From: an uncultured Spirochaetota bacterium
GTDB lineage: Bacteria > Spirochaetota > Spirochaetia > SZUA-6 > CAVTHK01
Assembly (NCBI GenBank): GCA_963734495.1
Contig: CAVTHK010000005.1
Span: 64,001-128,000, forward strand
Length of the DNA stretch: 64,000 nucleotides
Direction: 5' to 3'
A program made the position numbers and the translations under genes. Positions 37,337 through 48,521 of this stretch are shown here, piece by piece (the first letter of the stretch is position 1; each line of letters starts with the position of its first letter). The notes beneath the pieces were generated by a model. It ran no database searches. It had not been told where the DNA came from and saw only the letters and a program-made list of their open reading frames with translations.

Positions 37337-38372
37337 CTACTCCAGCGCCGCCCGCGTCATCGCGAAGTAGTGCTCGGGAGGCACGTACTCCGGCACGGAG
37401 TTGCCGGTCCCGAGCGCGTAGCATCCGCGTCCGCGCGAGCGCTCGAGCATCGCGGCCGACCTGCGATACACCTCTTCCGGCGGCCTGCGGATCACGAAAT
37501 CCACGTCGATCCCGCCGAGAACGGCGATGCGGCCGGCCGCAGCGCTCGTAAGCCTCTTCGACCGGCAGGATCGCGTCCTCGAACGAGTGCTTCGCGTCGA
37601 AGCCGAGCTCGTCGATCACCGTGTCCATCCACGGGTAGATCGCGCCGCAGGAGTGCAGGATCGCGGGCTTCCCGCTCGCGTGGATCGCTTCGACGATGCG
37701 CTTGTGCCACGGAAAGACGTAGCGCGCCATCTGCGCCGGGGTGAGCAGCGGCTGCGTCTTGAAGCCCCAGTCGTCGTTCGAGATGGCGGCGCCGACCAGC
37801 GGGTGGGCGCACACGAGCCGGTAGTAGCCCACGAGCGCCGCGCCGATGCGATCGAACACCGCCTGCGCCAGCTCGGCGTCGTCGGCCATCATGTAGCAGA
37901 GCCGGTCGTAGCCCACGATGCGGATCGCGTTCTCCTCGACGCCGCAGGGGCCGTGCGGGATGAGCCTCATGCCCTCGGGCACCCACCGCGCCAGCCGGTC
38001 GATGAGCCCGAGGTCGACGGCGCCGAGGTCCGGCCAGCGGTAGCGCTCAAAGGATTCGCGGTCCGAGATGAGCCCGCCCTCGTTCAGGGAGAGCGAAGCC
38101 TCCTTGCGCCGGGCGGGGACGTCGAAGTCGAAGCCCGGCAGCGGCGCCAGGCACGCGTGATCGTAGCCCGCGCGGTGGAACCCGAGCGCCCGCTCGGCGT
38201 ACGGCCGCAGCGTCTCGTCGTCCGGAAGCCGGACGCCCTCGAGGAGGATGGCGAACAGCGTCGGGTTGAGGAAGAACTCGAAGAGCACGGGCCGCGATGG
38301 CCGGCCCTTGCGCAGCACGGTCTCCAGCTCCCCGAAGTCGCATGCGTAGCGGCGCGGTTTCACGGGCGGCAC
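37337..38372 (-). CDS. Uroporphyrinogen decarboxylase/MtaA-CmuA superfamily protein; frameshift near 37540
   Basis: FERYRWPD, NDDWGFKT, ILHSCG, DAKHSFED; after the shift LGGIDVD and YALGTGNSVPEYVP. Confidence 0.82.
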
Positions 38373-38468
38373 GCCGCGACTGTAGCATGGCCGCCCCGCC
38401 GTCGCCAGCGCGCGCCCCCTTGAACCGCGCGCTCGCCCGGTGTAGACCGGGCCGGGGGGAGGCCCGCG

Positions 38469-40680
38469 ATGATCACGGTGCACATGATCGGCAACGCCCA
38501 CATCGACCCCGTCTGGCTGTGGCGCTGGCCCGCCGGAGTCGTCGAGGTGCTTTCGACCTGCCGCGCGGCCGCGGACCTGATCGACGCGCAACCCGGACTT
38601 CGTCTTTACCCGCGGCGAGGCGTGGGCATACGAACAGGTCGAGCGGCACGACCCCGCGCTCTTCGAACGCATCCGCGCGCACATCGCCTCGGGCCGCTGG
38701 AAGCCGGTCGGCGGCTGGTACATCCAGAGCGACTGCAACCTCCCTCTCGCCGACTCCTTCCGCAGGCAGATGGAGATCGGGCTGCGCTATTTCGAGAAGC
38801 GGCTGGGCGTCCGGCCCGACGTCGCGTATAACGTCGACAGCTTCGGCCACACCGCGTACCTCCCGAGCCTGCTGCGCGAGCACGGCTTCGCGTCGTACGT
38901 GATGATGCGGCCGGGTCCCCACGAAAAGGAGCTGCCCGGGTCGCTGTTCCGCTGGCGCGCGCCCGACGGCGCCGAGGTCCTCACGTGGCGCATCCCCGTG
39001 AGCTACAACGCGCGGGGCCCCGAGGACCTGGAAAGAAACGTCGAGGCGGCCCTGGCCGCGGCCGCTCCGGGCATCCCGCACGTGATGTGCTTCTACGGCG
39101 TCGGCGACCACGGCGGAGGGCCCACGCAGGCGCACATCGACTGGATCCGCGCCCACGCGCGCGCCTTTCCGGACGCGGTGCTGGAGCCGAGCGACCCGCA
39201 GCGGTTCTTCGCGGCCGTGGCCCCGCAGGCGGACGCCCTCCCCGTCGTCGCGGACGAGCTGCAGTACCACGCGGTCGGCTGCTACTCGGTCGTACGTCAG
39301 ATCAAAGTTGAAGTCAGGCGCGCCGAGCGCGCGCTCGCCCGCGCCGAGACCGCGATCCGGATGGCCGGCGGCAGGCCGCCCGCCCGCGCGTCCGCGGCCC
39401 TCGAGGAGGCGTGGAAGGCCCTGCTCTTCAACCAGTTCCACGACACCTACGGCGGCAGCGCCATCGCCGAAGCGTACGCGGACGCGAGGGACCAGCTCGG
39501 GCGGTCGTGCGCGATCGCGGACGAGCTGGCGCACGCGGCGTTCCTGAAGCGGCTGGTCGCGCTCCCGCCGGACCCGCGGCAGCGGATCGTGGCCTTCAAC
39601 GCGAGCGACCGCGACTTCGACGGCGCGATCGCGCACGAGCCGTGGCTCGACTGGAGCGGCTTCGACGGGGCGCTGCTCGACGAGAGCGGCGAGGAGGTCG
39701 GCTGGCAGCCGGTGCAGCAGTCGGCGATCGTCCGCGGCCGGCGGGCCATGCTGTGGCGCGCGAAGATTCCGGCGCGCGCCGTCGCGATCTACCGCCTCGT
39801 CCCGGGCGCGGCGCAGGCTGCAGCCTCCGGCAGCGCCGGGAGCCCCGGCCCGCGCGCCGTCACCAACGGCTTCGTCACGGTGCGCGCCGGCCGCGGCGGC
39901 ACGCTGTTCGCGGCGACCGACGCCGCCGGCCTCCCGCTGTTCGACTCACCCGGGCCGCAGGTGCGCGTGCTCGAGGACGCGAGCGACACCTGGTCGCACG
40001 GCATCGACCGCTACGCGGGCCGGCGGCTGGGGCTCTTCCGCGTCACGCGCGCGGCGGTCGAGGAGAGCGGCCCGCTGCGCGCGACGCTGCGCGTGGAGGC
40101 CGCGTTCCGCTCGAGCCGCCTCGAGCTGCGCCTGCGGCTCCTCTCCGGCGACCCCGCGATTCACATGGAGGCCGCCCTGTCGTGGGGCGAGCGGCTCGCC
40201 GTCGCGAAGCTCGCCTTCACCTTTCACACTCCCATCGAGGCCCGCATCGACGGCGTGCCCGGCGGCAGCATCCAGCGGCCGCAGGATGGGCGCGAGGTCC
40301 CCTACCGCGACTGGACGCTGGCGCAGCCCGGGCTCGGCGTGGTCGCGCCCGACTGCTGGGCGCTCGACGGCGAGGGGGCCGAGGTCCGCTTCACGCTCGT
40401 GCGGTCGCCGGTCTTCGCCTGGCACGACCCGCAGAAGCTGGACCCCGGCCAGGGCTACCGCTACACGGACCAGGGCGAGCATTTCTACCGGTTCGCGCTG
40501 TTCCCCCGCGCGAGCGCCGAGGCGCTCGAGGCCGCCGTCGCCGCACTGACGCGGCCTCCGCTGTGCCTCGACTGGACGCTGGGGATGGGGGAGCCGCCGC
40601 GCCCGGCGCGCAGCGGCGTTGACAGAAGCAAGCGCGCGCGCAAGAGTGCGCAACGGCCATCGCGCGGAGGTGAAAGTTGA
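38469..40680 (+). CDS. Glycoside hydrolase family 38 (alpha-mannosidase-like); frameshift near 38600
   Basis: HMIGNAHIDPVWLW, DSFGH, YGVGDHGGGPT, NQFHD. Confidence 0.9.
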
Positions 40681-41938
40681 AGACGACCCTGTCCATCGAC
40701 GGCGAGCGCTTCCGGATCAACGGCAGGCTCGTCTACAGCGAGATCCCCGGAAGCCCCGAGTCGGTCCACGGGCTGCTGATGAACGCCCGCCTCATCCAGG
40801 GGATCTTCGACGACAAGGCGGCTCCCGAACGCTTCGCGCGCTTCGGGTGGGACCGCTGGGACCCGGAGCGGCACACCGACGAGCTGATCGCCGCCCTCCC
40901 CGAATGGTACGCGTACGGGCTGCGCGCGTTTACCGTCGGGCTGCAGGGCGGGATGCCGGTGTTCACCATAGACAACGACACCATCGACTGCAATCCGTTC
41001 AGCGCGGACGGAAGCCGCATCGACGAGCGCACTCTCGCGCGGCTCGACCGGCTGATCCGGGCGGCGGACGCCATCGGGATGGTGGTGATCGTGAGCATCC
41101 TCTACCAGGGGCAGGCGCCGCGCATGGGCGACGGCGCGTGCCTGCGGCGGGCGGTGCGCGCCGCCTCGCGCTGGCTCGCCGGGCAGCGCTTTACCAACGT
41201 CATCATCGAGCCGGCGAACGAGCACACGGTGGGCGCGTTCAAGCGGAGGCCGATGATGGCGAGCCCCGACGCGGTCACCGGGCTGATCGAGATCGCCCGC
41301 GAGGCGTCGGGAGGCATGCCGGTCGGCTGCAGCCAAGGCGGCGTCGAGGGGAGCCGCGAGGTGGCCGAGGCGAGCGACGTGGTGCTCGTCCACGGCAACG
41401 GCTCCCGCCGCCAGCGCTACTACCGCTTTCTCCGCATGGTGCGCGAGCTGGGGGCTCGGCAAGCCGATCGTCTGCAACGAGGATTCCCCCTGCTTCACCC
41501 AGCTCGACGTCGCCTTCGAGACGCGCACGTCGTGGGGCTACTACAACAACCATACCAAGCAGGAGCCGCCGGCGGCCTGGGGGATCGCCAACGCCGAGGA
41601 CCTGTTCTTCGCCAGGCGCATGGCCCGCGGCCTCGGAATCCCGGTCGCCGAGCTGCCCGAGGAGGACCAGTACGTCCTGCTCGGGCTCAACGACCGCTGG
41701 GAGTGGAAGGGCGAGCGCTGGGTCAGGCTCGCGGCGGAGCTCCCCGAAACGGTGCGCTCGGTGGAGTTCTTCCGCAACGGCGACCGCGTGGACGTCGCCT
41801 GGGAGGAGCCGTTCTACGTGAACGAAGAGACCACCTGGATCCAGGGCGGCGTCGCCGACCCGTTCCGGGGACGCCTGGAAGGCCGTCGTCCATCTCGCCG
41901 ACGGCCGCGTCCTGGAGCGGACGGTCGTGCAGAGGTGA
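40677..41938 (+). CDS. Hypothetical protein, possible clan GH-A glycoside hydrolase; frameshifts near 41460 and 41870
   Basis: GLLMNARLIQGIFDD, AFTVGLQGG, NVIIEPANE; after the shift PIVCNEDS and SWGYYN. Confidence 0.6.
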
Positions 41939-41966
41939 GTTCGAATACTCCCGAATACGGTTTTTG

Positions 41967-41995
41967 TTGACCCCGAGGTGCGCCCGTGGTACGCT
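41967..41995 (+). promoter_or_regulatory. Sigma70-type promoter of sugar ABC operon
   Basis: TTGACC-17 nt-TACGCT with extended TG; direct repeat cgaatac-tcc-cgaatac just upstream (41942-41958). Confidence 0.65.
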
Positions 41996-42024
41996 CGGGA
42001 AATCCAAAGGAACGGAGGTATGCG

Positions 42025-43323
42025 GTGAGAAGATCAGCCTTCATCGTTCTTCTCGTCCTGTCGGCCGGCTTGCTGTTTGCCACCGGCGGTCAGGAGTCGT
42101 CGTCAAAGGGGGCCACGATCACCTTCTGGATGCAGAACTACGGCGCGGACCTGAACCAGCAGAAGCAGGCGATCGGCGACCTGGCGGCGAAGTTCGAAAA
42201 GGAGACCGGCATCAAGGTCCAGCTCGAGGTCAACAACTGGACCGAGGCCTCTCAGAAGTGGATGCTCGTCGTCACCGGCGGCGACCATCCGGACGTGGGC
42301 GACATGTTCTGGGCCTGGTCGAACGTCCGTATCGGCAAGGGCAAGTACGGCCCGATGCCGCTGGACAAGTACAAGGACCAGCTCCACCACGAGCGCTTCT
42401 ACGAGAAGGCGCTTGCCGACGTCATCTACGACGGCCACGTCTACGGGATTCCGTGGCGGATCGACGTGCGGCCGATGCTCTACAGAGCCGACCTGGTGGC
42501 CGAAGCCGGGTTCAAGGGCCCGCCGGACACCTGGAACGACCTCGTGACCTACGGTAAGAAGCTGACGGTCAAGGCCGCCGACGGCAAGATGGAGCGGGCT
42601 GGCATCGGCTTCCACTACGGAGTCAAGAGCGACAGCCAGGACTTCCTGCACTGGATATGGCAGGGCGGCGGCGAGGCCACGACGATGGACGGCAAGTCCG
42701 CGACGCTCAACACCAAGGAGGTCATCGACGCGATGCAGTTCGTCCGTGATCTCGTCTACAAGCACGAGGTCGTGGGCAAGGACGTGCTCGATCCTTCGTA
42801 CGACGGGATGCAGCTCTTTATCGCGGGCAAGAACGCCATCCAGCCGCATGGGACGAGCGCCACAAACGTTTTTCCCAAGGAGATGCTCGCCAAGGTCAAG
42901 CCGGCCATTCCGACCATGGGCGTCAGGCGCACATCGTACAGCGGCGCCGGTTTCTTCGGCGTCATGTACGGGACCAAGTACGAGAAAGAGAGCGTGAAGT
43001 GGCTGGACTTCCTGAGCAGGGATGAGAGCATGCTCGCCCTCGCCCAGTTGACCCAGACGTACTCACCGTCCAAAGGCGCAAGCGCCGACAAGTACTTTGC
43101 CGGCGACGACTGGAAGCGCGAGACCATCAAGTGCCTGGACTACGCGCATACCTCCCAGAATCCGAGCACTGCCTGGAGCCAGATCGCGGGCCGCGGCCCC
43201 GGAAGCCCCCTGTACGACTTCTGGGCGGACGTCCTGCTGAACAAGGAGCCGATCCCCGCCCTCGCGGCCAAGTACAACGCGAAGGCGCAGGAGATGATGG
43301 ACAAGGCCAACGCACCCAAGTAG
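42025..43323 (+). CDS. Sugar ABC transporter substrate-binding protein
   Basis: Signal ...LLFATGGQE, ITFW, YGIPW, PPDTWNDL; RBS ggagg. Confidence 0.9.
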   Translation: MRRSAFIVLLVLSAGLLFATGGQESSSKGATITFWMQNYGADLNQQKQAIGDLAAKFEKETGIKVQLEVNNWTEASQKWMLVVTGGDHPDVGDMFWAWSNVRIGKGKYGPMPLDKYKDQLHHERFYEKALADVIYDGHVYGIPWRIDVRPMLYRADLVAEAGFKGPPDTWNDLVTYGKKLTVKAADGKMERAGIGFHYGVKSDSQDFLHWIWQGGGEATTMDGKSATLNTKEVIDAMQFVRDLVYKHEVVGKDVLDPSYDGMQLFIAGKNAIQPHGTSATNVFPKEMLAKVKPAIPTMGVRRTSYSGAGFFGVMYGTKYEKESVKWLDFLSRDESMLALAQLTQTYSPSKGASADKYFAGDDWKRETIKCLDYAHTSQNPSTAWSQIAGRGPGSPLYDFWADVLLNKEPIPALAAKYNAKAQEMMDKANAPK

Positions 43324-43369
43324 GCGGCGCGGGCCGCGTGCACTTCGACTGTTCAGAGGGGGACGCAGC

Positions 43370-44282
43370 ATGAAGGCGAGGACAAAGGACAAGCTCTTCC
43401 CTTACCTCATGCTGCTTCCCTCGATGTTCGGCCTGGCCGTGCTGATCCTCTACCCGGTGGTCCGAGGGCTCCTCCTCAGCCTCTACGAGTATACGCTCCT
43501 TTACCCGAGCTACCCTTTCATCGGCCTCGGCAACTACAAGGAGCTCTTCACAAAGGACGACATCTTCTGGGGCACCCTGGGCAACACGGTCTGGTACACG
43601 ATCGGCAACGGCGTGGGCAGCACGATCATCGCGGTCTGGGTCGCCCTGGTGCTCAACAGGGCCGGAAAGGTCCAGGCCGTTCTGCGCGGCTTCACCCTGC
43701 TGCCCTGGCTGGTGCCGTCGGTCGTCATTTCGACCATGTGGCTGTGGATGTACAGCCCGGACTTCAGCCCGATCAATGACCTCCTGCTCAAGGCCGGGAT
43801 CATCAAGGAGCAGATACGCTTTCTCGGCAACGTCGACTTCCGCGTCGGGCCGATCACGCTGCCCGTTCCTGTCGATCCTCGTCGTCCGCATGTGGTTCTC
43901 GTTCTCCTACAAGGCGGTCATCATCCTCGCGGCTCTGGTGAACATCCCGCGTGAGCGCTACGAGGCCGCGGACATCGACGGAGCGGGCGCGTGGGCCCAG
44001 TTCGTGCACGTGAGCCTGCCCGGCATCTATCCGCAGCTCATGATCGTGCTCACCCTGACCCTGATCGGCAACTTCGGCTACTTCGACATCAACTACCTCA
44101 TGACCAGGGGCGGGCCTGCCAACTACACCAACGTGATGGCCGTGCAGATGTACCTCATGGCTTTCCAGCAGTTCCGCCTGGGGTACGCGGCCGCGATGGG
44201 CATCGTGATGCTCCTTTTCACCTCGGTGATCGCCATCGCCTACGTGATCTTCGTGGTCAAGCGCGACCTGGAGGCGGCCTGA
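43370..44282 (+). CDS. Sugar ABC permease (MalF-like); frameshift near 43862
   Basis: PYLMLLP, FIGLGNY, LLPWLVP, YEAADIDGA, MTRGGP. Confidence 0.88.
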
Positions 44283-45136
44283 TGGCAGGGATGCAACGCG
44301 ACCCGCTGCCCCTGCGGATCTTGACGTGGTTTCTCGTCGCTCTCCTCGTGGTCTGGGTCGGGTTTCCCTTCTACTGGCTCTTCCTCAGCAGCATCAAGAC
44401 GCCGCTGGAACTGAGCCTGGCGCCTCCCACCTACTGGCCAAAGCAGCCGGTGTTCAAGAACTACGTGGACATCTGGACCGAAGTCACGTTCCTGCAGGCT
44501 CTTTACAATTCGTTCTTCATCACCGCGATGACCGTGTTCGTGTCCCTTGCCCTGACCACGACCACGGGCTACGCTTTGAGCCGCTTCGATTTCAAGGGCA
44601 AGGATTTCTTTGTCGGCGTGCTGCTGTTCGTGCAGCTCGTGCCGCTGGCCATCTACCTGATCCCGCTCTACTTCGTGCTGCTGAGCCTGCACCTGATCAA
44701 CAAGTACCTGGGCCTGATCATCTGCTATGGGACGATCGGCATTCCATTCATGGCGCTGATCATGCGCAGCTACTTCAAGAACGCCTACCCTGCTGAGCTC
44801 GAGGAGGCCGCCATTATCGACGGCTGCTCGCGCTTCGGGACGTTCCTGCGGATCGGCCTGCCGCTCACGCGGACCGGCATGATCGCGGTGGGGACGATGA
44901 CCGCGATCAACACCTGGAAAGAGTTCCTGTTTGCGAGCATCATCATCAACAAGGGGCGGATGCGGCCCGTCGCGGTCGTCATCTTCGACCTGGTCGGCGA
45001 AATGGGCCTCGCCTTTACGCGGATGGGGCTGTTCATGTCCGCTTGCGTGCTGGTCATGGTGCCGCTGATCGTGGCGTTCCTGTTCGTGCAGCGCCTCATC
45101 GTCGAGGGGCTCACGGCGGGGGCGGTCAAGAGCTAG
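44282..45136 (+). CDS. Sugar ABC permease (MalG-like)
   Basis: FPFYWLFLSSIK, LEEAAIIDGCS, EGLTAGAVKS. Confidence 0.9.
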   Translation: MAGMQRDPLPLRILTWFLVALLVVWVGFPFYWLFLSSIKTPLELSLAPPTYWPKQPVFKNYVDIWTEVTFLQALYNSFFITAMTVFVSLALTTTTGYALSRFDFKGKDFFVGVLLFVQLVPLAIYLIPLYFVLLSLHLINKYLGLIICYGTIGIPFMALIMRSYFKNAYPAELEEAAIIDGCSRFGTFLRIGLPLTRTGMIAVGTMTAINTWKEFLFASIIINKGRMRPVAVVIFDLVGEMGLAFTRMGLFMSACVLVMVPLIVAFLFVQRLIVEGLTAGAVKS

Positions 45137-45230
45137 GGCCAGGGATGGCCCTGCCCTCGCCCGTACAGGGACGTACCAGGGCGGGGCTGAGCCGAGCGCG
45201 GCGCGGCTCGCCGCGGGGAACCTTCAACCT

Positions 45231-45965
45231 TTGGTCATCGAGATCGACAGCGTCAGCAAGAGCTTCGGATCCTTCAAGGCCGTCGACGGCGTGAGCCTCT
45301 CCGTGGAACAGGGAGAGTTCTTCGGCCTGCTGGGTCCCAACGGGGCGGGCAAGTCCACGCTGATCCAGATGATGCTGGGGCTGCTGTCGCCCGACGCCGC
45401 GGGGGCGATCCGCCTCTTCGGCGAGCAGGTCACGCCCGGCAGCGCGCGGGCCCTCCGCAGCCGCGTCGGCGTCGTGGGCGAGGCGCCGCAGCTCCGCGAC
45501 GACCGCACCGCGGCGGAGTACCTCGTGTTCTTCGGCCGCCTCTACGGGCTCGCGGACGCCGCCGCCCGCGCGCTGGCCCGTCTCGCGGACGTCGGGCTCG
45601 CGGAGGCCGCGCACAAGCGCATCCGCACCTTTTCGCACGGCATGAAGCAGCGTCTCTCGCTGGCGCGCGCGCTCCTGCACGACCCGGAGCTGCTCATCCT
45701 CGACGAGCCGACGAGCGGGCTCGACCCGCGCGGCGTGCACGAGGTCCGTGAGCTGCTGCAGGCGCGCCGCGGCGGAGGGACCGCCGTGTTCCTCTGCTCG
45801 CACCTGCTGTCCGAGGTCGAGAAGAGCTGCGCCCGCGTGGCCATCATCCAGCGCGGCCGCATCCGCGCCCTGGGAAGGACCGAAGAGGTCGCCCAGGGTG
45901 ACCTGGAGGCGAGCTTTCTGCGCCTGACCTCCGAAGAGCCCGGCGGATCGCCGGAGGAGGCGTGA
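45231..45965 (+). CDS. ABC-2 type exporter ATP-binding protein
   Basis: GPNGAGKST, FSHGMKQR, ILDEPTSGLDP, SHLLSEVE. Confidence 0.9.
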   Translation: MVIEIDSVSKSFGSFKAVDGVSLSVEQGEFFGLLGPNGAGKSTLIQMMLGLLSPDAAGAIRLFGEQVTPGSARALRSRVGVVGEAPQLRDDRTAAEYLVFFGRLYGLADAAARALARLADVGLAEAAHKRIRTFSHGMKQRLSLARALLHDPELLILDEPTSGLDPRGVHEVRELLQARRGGGTAVFLCSHLLSEVEKSCARVAIIQRGRIRALGRTEEVAQGDLEASFLRLTSEEPGGSPEEA

Positions 45966-46786
45966 TGACTCCCGGCGCGGCGAGGGTCTACCGGGTGCTG
46001 GCCGGGCGGCGCGTGCGGGAGCTCTGCCTCGGCACGCCTTTCGTCCTGCTGCTCGCCGCCCAGCAAGCGGTCCTCTACTTTCTGCAGAGGAACGCCCTCG
46101 CGTCGCTGGACAACAACGGGCTCATGGTCGCCCTGCACCCCGCCGAGTACGGCCTCCTCGCCGCGGTCGTCCTGCTGGCGGTCTTCGCGGTCGTGTACGC
46201 CGCGCTCGGACCGGCGAGAGAGCGCGAGAGCGGCGCGCTCGAGACGCTCTTCTACGGCCCCGTGTCGCCGGCCGCTTACGTCCTGGCGGAGATGACCGCG
46301 ATCGCGGCTGCCGCGCTCGTCGCGCTGGGGTTCCTGCTCCTCGCGCTGCTCATCGGCCAGGCGGCGACCGCCTACGACGTGCCGCTCTCGCTGCTCGCGC
46401 TGCTGCCGCTGTGCCTCCTCTGCGTCTTCGCCGTGAGCGCCGCGGGCGTGTGCGCAGCCCTCTTCTTCCGGCAGGAGCGCGCTGCGACCATCGTTGCGGT
46501 GGCGCTGCTCCTCTGCTCCCTCGCCGCGTTCGCCGGCGACTTGATACTGTCCAAGGTCGAGTGGGGGGCCTCCTTCTTCATCGTGTTCCTGCGCTCGCTC
46601 CTGTCCGGGTTCAACTCCGTCTTCCGATTCGTGTTTCCGGTCGGGCTCTTCCTCGACGACCTCGTGCGCTACGAGAGCTATGGCGCGGTCCCGGCGGCGC
46701 ACCTGGCCTGGTATGCGCTCTACGGCGCCGCGTTCATCGCGGGCGCCGTTGCGGCGCTGCGGCAAAGGGGGGTGTCGGTCCGATGA
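45962..46786 (+). CDS. ABC-2 type exporter permease
   Basis: About six TM helices, ARERESGALETLFYGP. Confidence 0.8.
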   Translation: MMTPGAARVYRVLAGRRVRELCLGTPFVLLLAAQQAVLYFLQRNALASLDNNGLMVALHPAEYGLLAAVVLLAVFAVVYAALGPARERESGALETLFYGPVSPAAYVLAEMTAIAAAALVALGFLLLALLIGQAATAYDVPLSLLALLPLCLLCVFAVSAAGVCAALFFRQERAATIVAVALLLCSLAAFAGDLILSKVEWGASFFIVFLRSLLSGFNSVFRFVFPVGLFLDDLVRYESYGAVPAAHLAWYALYGAAFIAGAVAALRQRGVSVR

Positions 46787-47961
46787 GAAAGCCGGCGCTC
46801 ATGGCCCTGGCGCTCGCGTGCGCGGTGACGGCCCCGGCCCAGCAGGCGACGCCGCGCGCGTCGACCCAGATCGTGTTCGGCGTCGCGCCGTTCGACGGCG
46901 GACACTACCTGTCCGGCTTCGTGCCGGAGCAGCGGCACACGATGTACCTCACCGCCGACGCCGACAACGCCATCACCGTCAACATGACGGACGTGTACTA
47001 CTGGCCGATCACCGCGGAGTACCGGGCGGATTTCGAAGGCGCCAACATGCCGCTCCCGGGAGAGCTCAGGGTCTACCGGGGCCGGGAGCTGCTCTCGACG
47101 CTGCTGCCGAGCGAGTACATCTACGTCTACCCGCTCGGCCTCGAGGGCGAGGCCTCCCGCCTCGCGTTCGCCGACGAGATGAAGCGCATCATCGAGACCC
47201 GCGCGAAGGCGGTGGTGGACTACGGCGCCGGAAAGACCAAGGAGCCGCCGCGCGCCGCCTACCAGGGGCCATTCAGGGGATTCGTGCTGCGCCTGCCCCG
47301 GGGCCGCTACCGCCTGGAATACCACGTCGAAAACCAGGGCCGCTCGTTCTCGCTCGCCAAGTCGCTCGTGGTGTTCCCCGCGCTGCGGCGCGGCGTCCGC
47401 TACGAGATCATCCCGGCGGAGAAATGGACCGTCTCGTCGGACAGCGACTCGCCGCGCGCCCACCTCTACCTCAAGCCGGGCGAGGTGGTCTTTCTCAAGA
47501 CCTTCCCCACCCTCCTCTACAACGCGGCCCTGTATGACCTGATGGCTTCGCCTAACAGGCCGACGGCGGGGCTCGGTCTCGCGAGCTCCGCGCTGTGGGT
47601 CCGGACCGAGGAGTCGCTGGAGGAGAAGCCGGGAGCCTCCCTCGGGCTGCAAGCCGCCGGCCGCAGTGCCGCGATCCAGCCCCGCGACTACCTGGTGCGC
47701 CAGATCCCCGGCTCGGCTCTCGGCTACGACATCGTCGAGCACACGCCCGAGGCGTTTCCCGGCGTGCGCCCGAGCTTCCGCGCCTACCGGATCACGGCGC
47801 CGCCTCCCGGCTACGACGTGCGCCTCGCCCTGGCGGGGCAGGCGGATTCCGGCCGCGTCCTGCGCGCAGTCGATCCGCGCGGCGGCGGCTGGACAGCGCT
47901 CGCCCTGCTGCTGCCGCTCTTGCCGCTGGGCGTGAGGGTCGTGCTCAGGCGCCGGCTCTAG
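46783..47961 (+). CDS. Exported hypothetical protein with C-terminal membrane anchor
   Basis: Signal MRKPALMALALACAVTAPA; C-terminal WTALALLLPLLPLGVRVVLRRRL; ATGA-coupled to the permease. Confidence 0.7.
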   Translation: MRKPALMALALACAVTAPAQQATPRASTQIVFGVAPFDGGHYLSGFVPEQRHTMYLTADADNAITVNMTDVYYWPITAEYRADFEGANMPLPGELRVYRGRELLSTLLPSEYIYVYPLGLEGEASRLAFADEMKRIIETRAKAVVDYGAGKTKEPPRAAYQGPFRGFVLRLPRGRYRLEYHVENQGRSFSLAKSLVVFPALRRGVRYEIIPAEKWTVSSDSDSPRAHLYLKPGEVVFLKTFPTLLYNAALYDLMASPNRPTAGLGLASSALWVRTEESLEEKPGASLGLQAAGRSAAIQPRDYLVRQIPGSALGYDIVEHTPEAFPGVRPSFRAYRITAPPPGYDVRLALAGQADSGRVLRAVDPRGGGWTALALLLPLLPLGVRVVLRRRL

Positions 47962-48035
47962 GGGCCTGTCGGACTTGCGGCTGACCGCCGTTCCCGCCGC
48001 TTCCGCGGGTCTGGGCACGGCGGACCGTGCCCGAT

Positions 48036-48521
48036 CTAGGCGCCCGCGAGGCGGGCGCAGTCTGCCGCGGCGCGCGCCCCGCAGAGGTCGGCGCAGCCGA
48101 GCGCCGGAACGTGCTTCCGCCGGGCGCTGCGCTTGTAGTGGTCGACGAAGCGGACGAGCCTGCAGAGGACCGCCGGCGGCAGGTGATGCTCGATCTTCTC
48201 CGCGACCTCGCGCGCCTGGCTCCCGGCCACCCCGAGCACGCTCGAGAGGAAGTCCTCCGTCGCGCGCCGGCGCAGGACGAGATCCTCCCCCGCGCGGCGG
48301 CCCCGCGCCGTCAGCGTGATCGCGCCGTAGCGCTCGTAGACCACCAGGCCCTTAGCCGCGAGCACGCGCATGACGAGCGTGACCGACGGCGCCTTGACGC
48401 CGAGCGCCCGCGTGATGTCCCGCACCCTCGCGAAGCGGCGCTCGGCCTCCAGCAGGTAGGCGGCCTCCAGGTAGGACTCCTGCGTGTCGGTGAGCCCTTC
48501 GACGACGCTCATCGCGCTCAC
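48036..48521 (-). CDS. DtxR/MntR family metal-dependent regulator
   Basis: LTDTQESYLEA, LGVKAPSVT, YGAITLT, AEKIEHHL. Confidence 0.88.
   Translation of the reverse strand: MSAMSVVEGLTDTQESYLEAAYLLEAERRFARVRDITRALGVKAPSVTLVMRVLAAKGLVVYERYGAITLTARGRRAGEDLVLRRRATEDFLSSVLGVAGSQAREVAEKIEHHLPPAVLCRLVRFVDHYKRSARRKHVPALGCADLCGARAAADCARLAGA

Noticed and set aside
36054-38738. 894-aa URO-D/acyltransferase fusion
   Set aside because: Produced by the frameshift near 37540; the URO-D gene has its own stop at 37337 and the acyltransferase has its own RBS and ATG.
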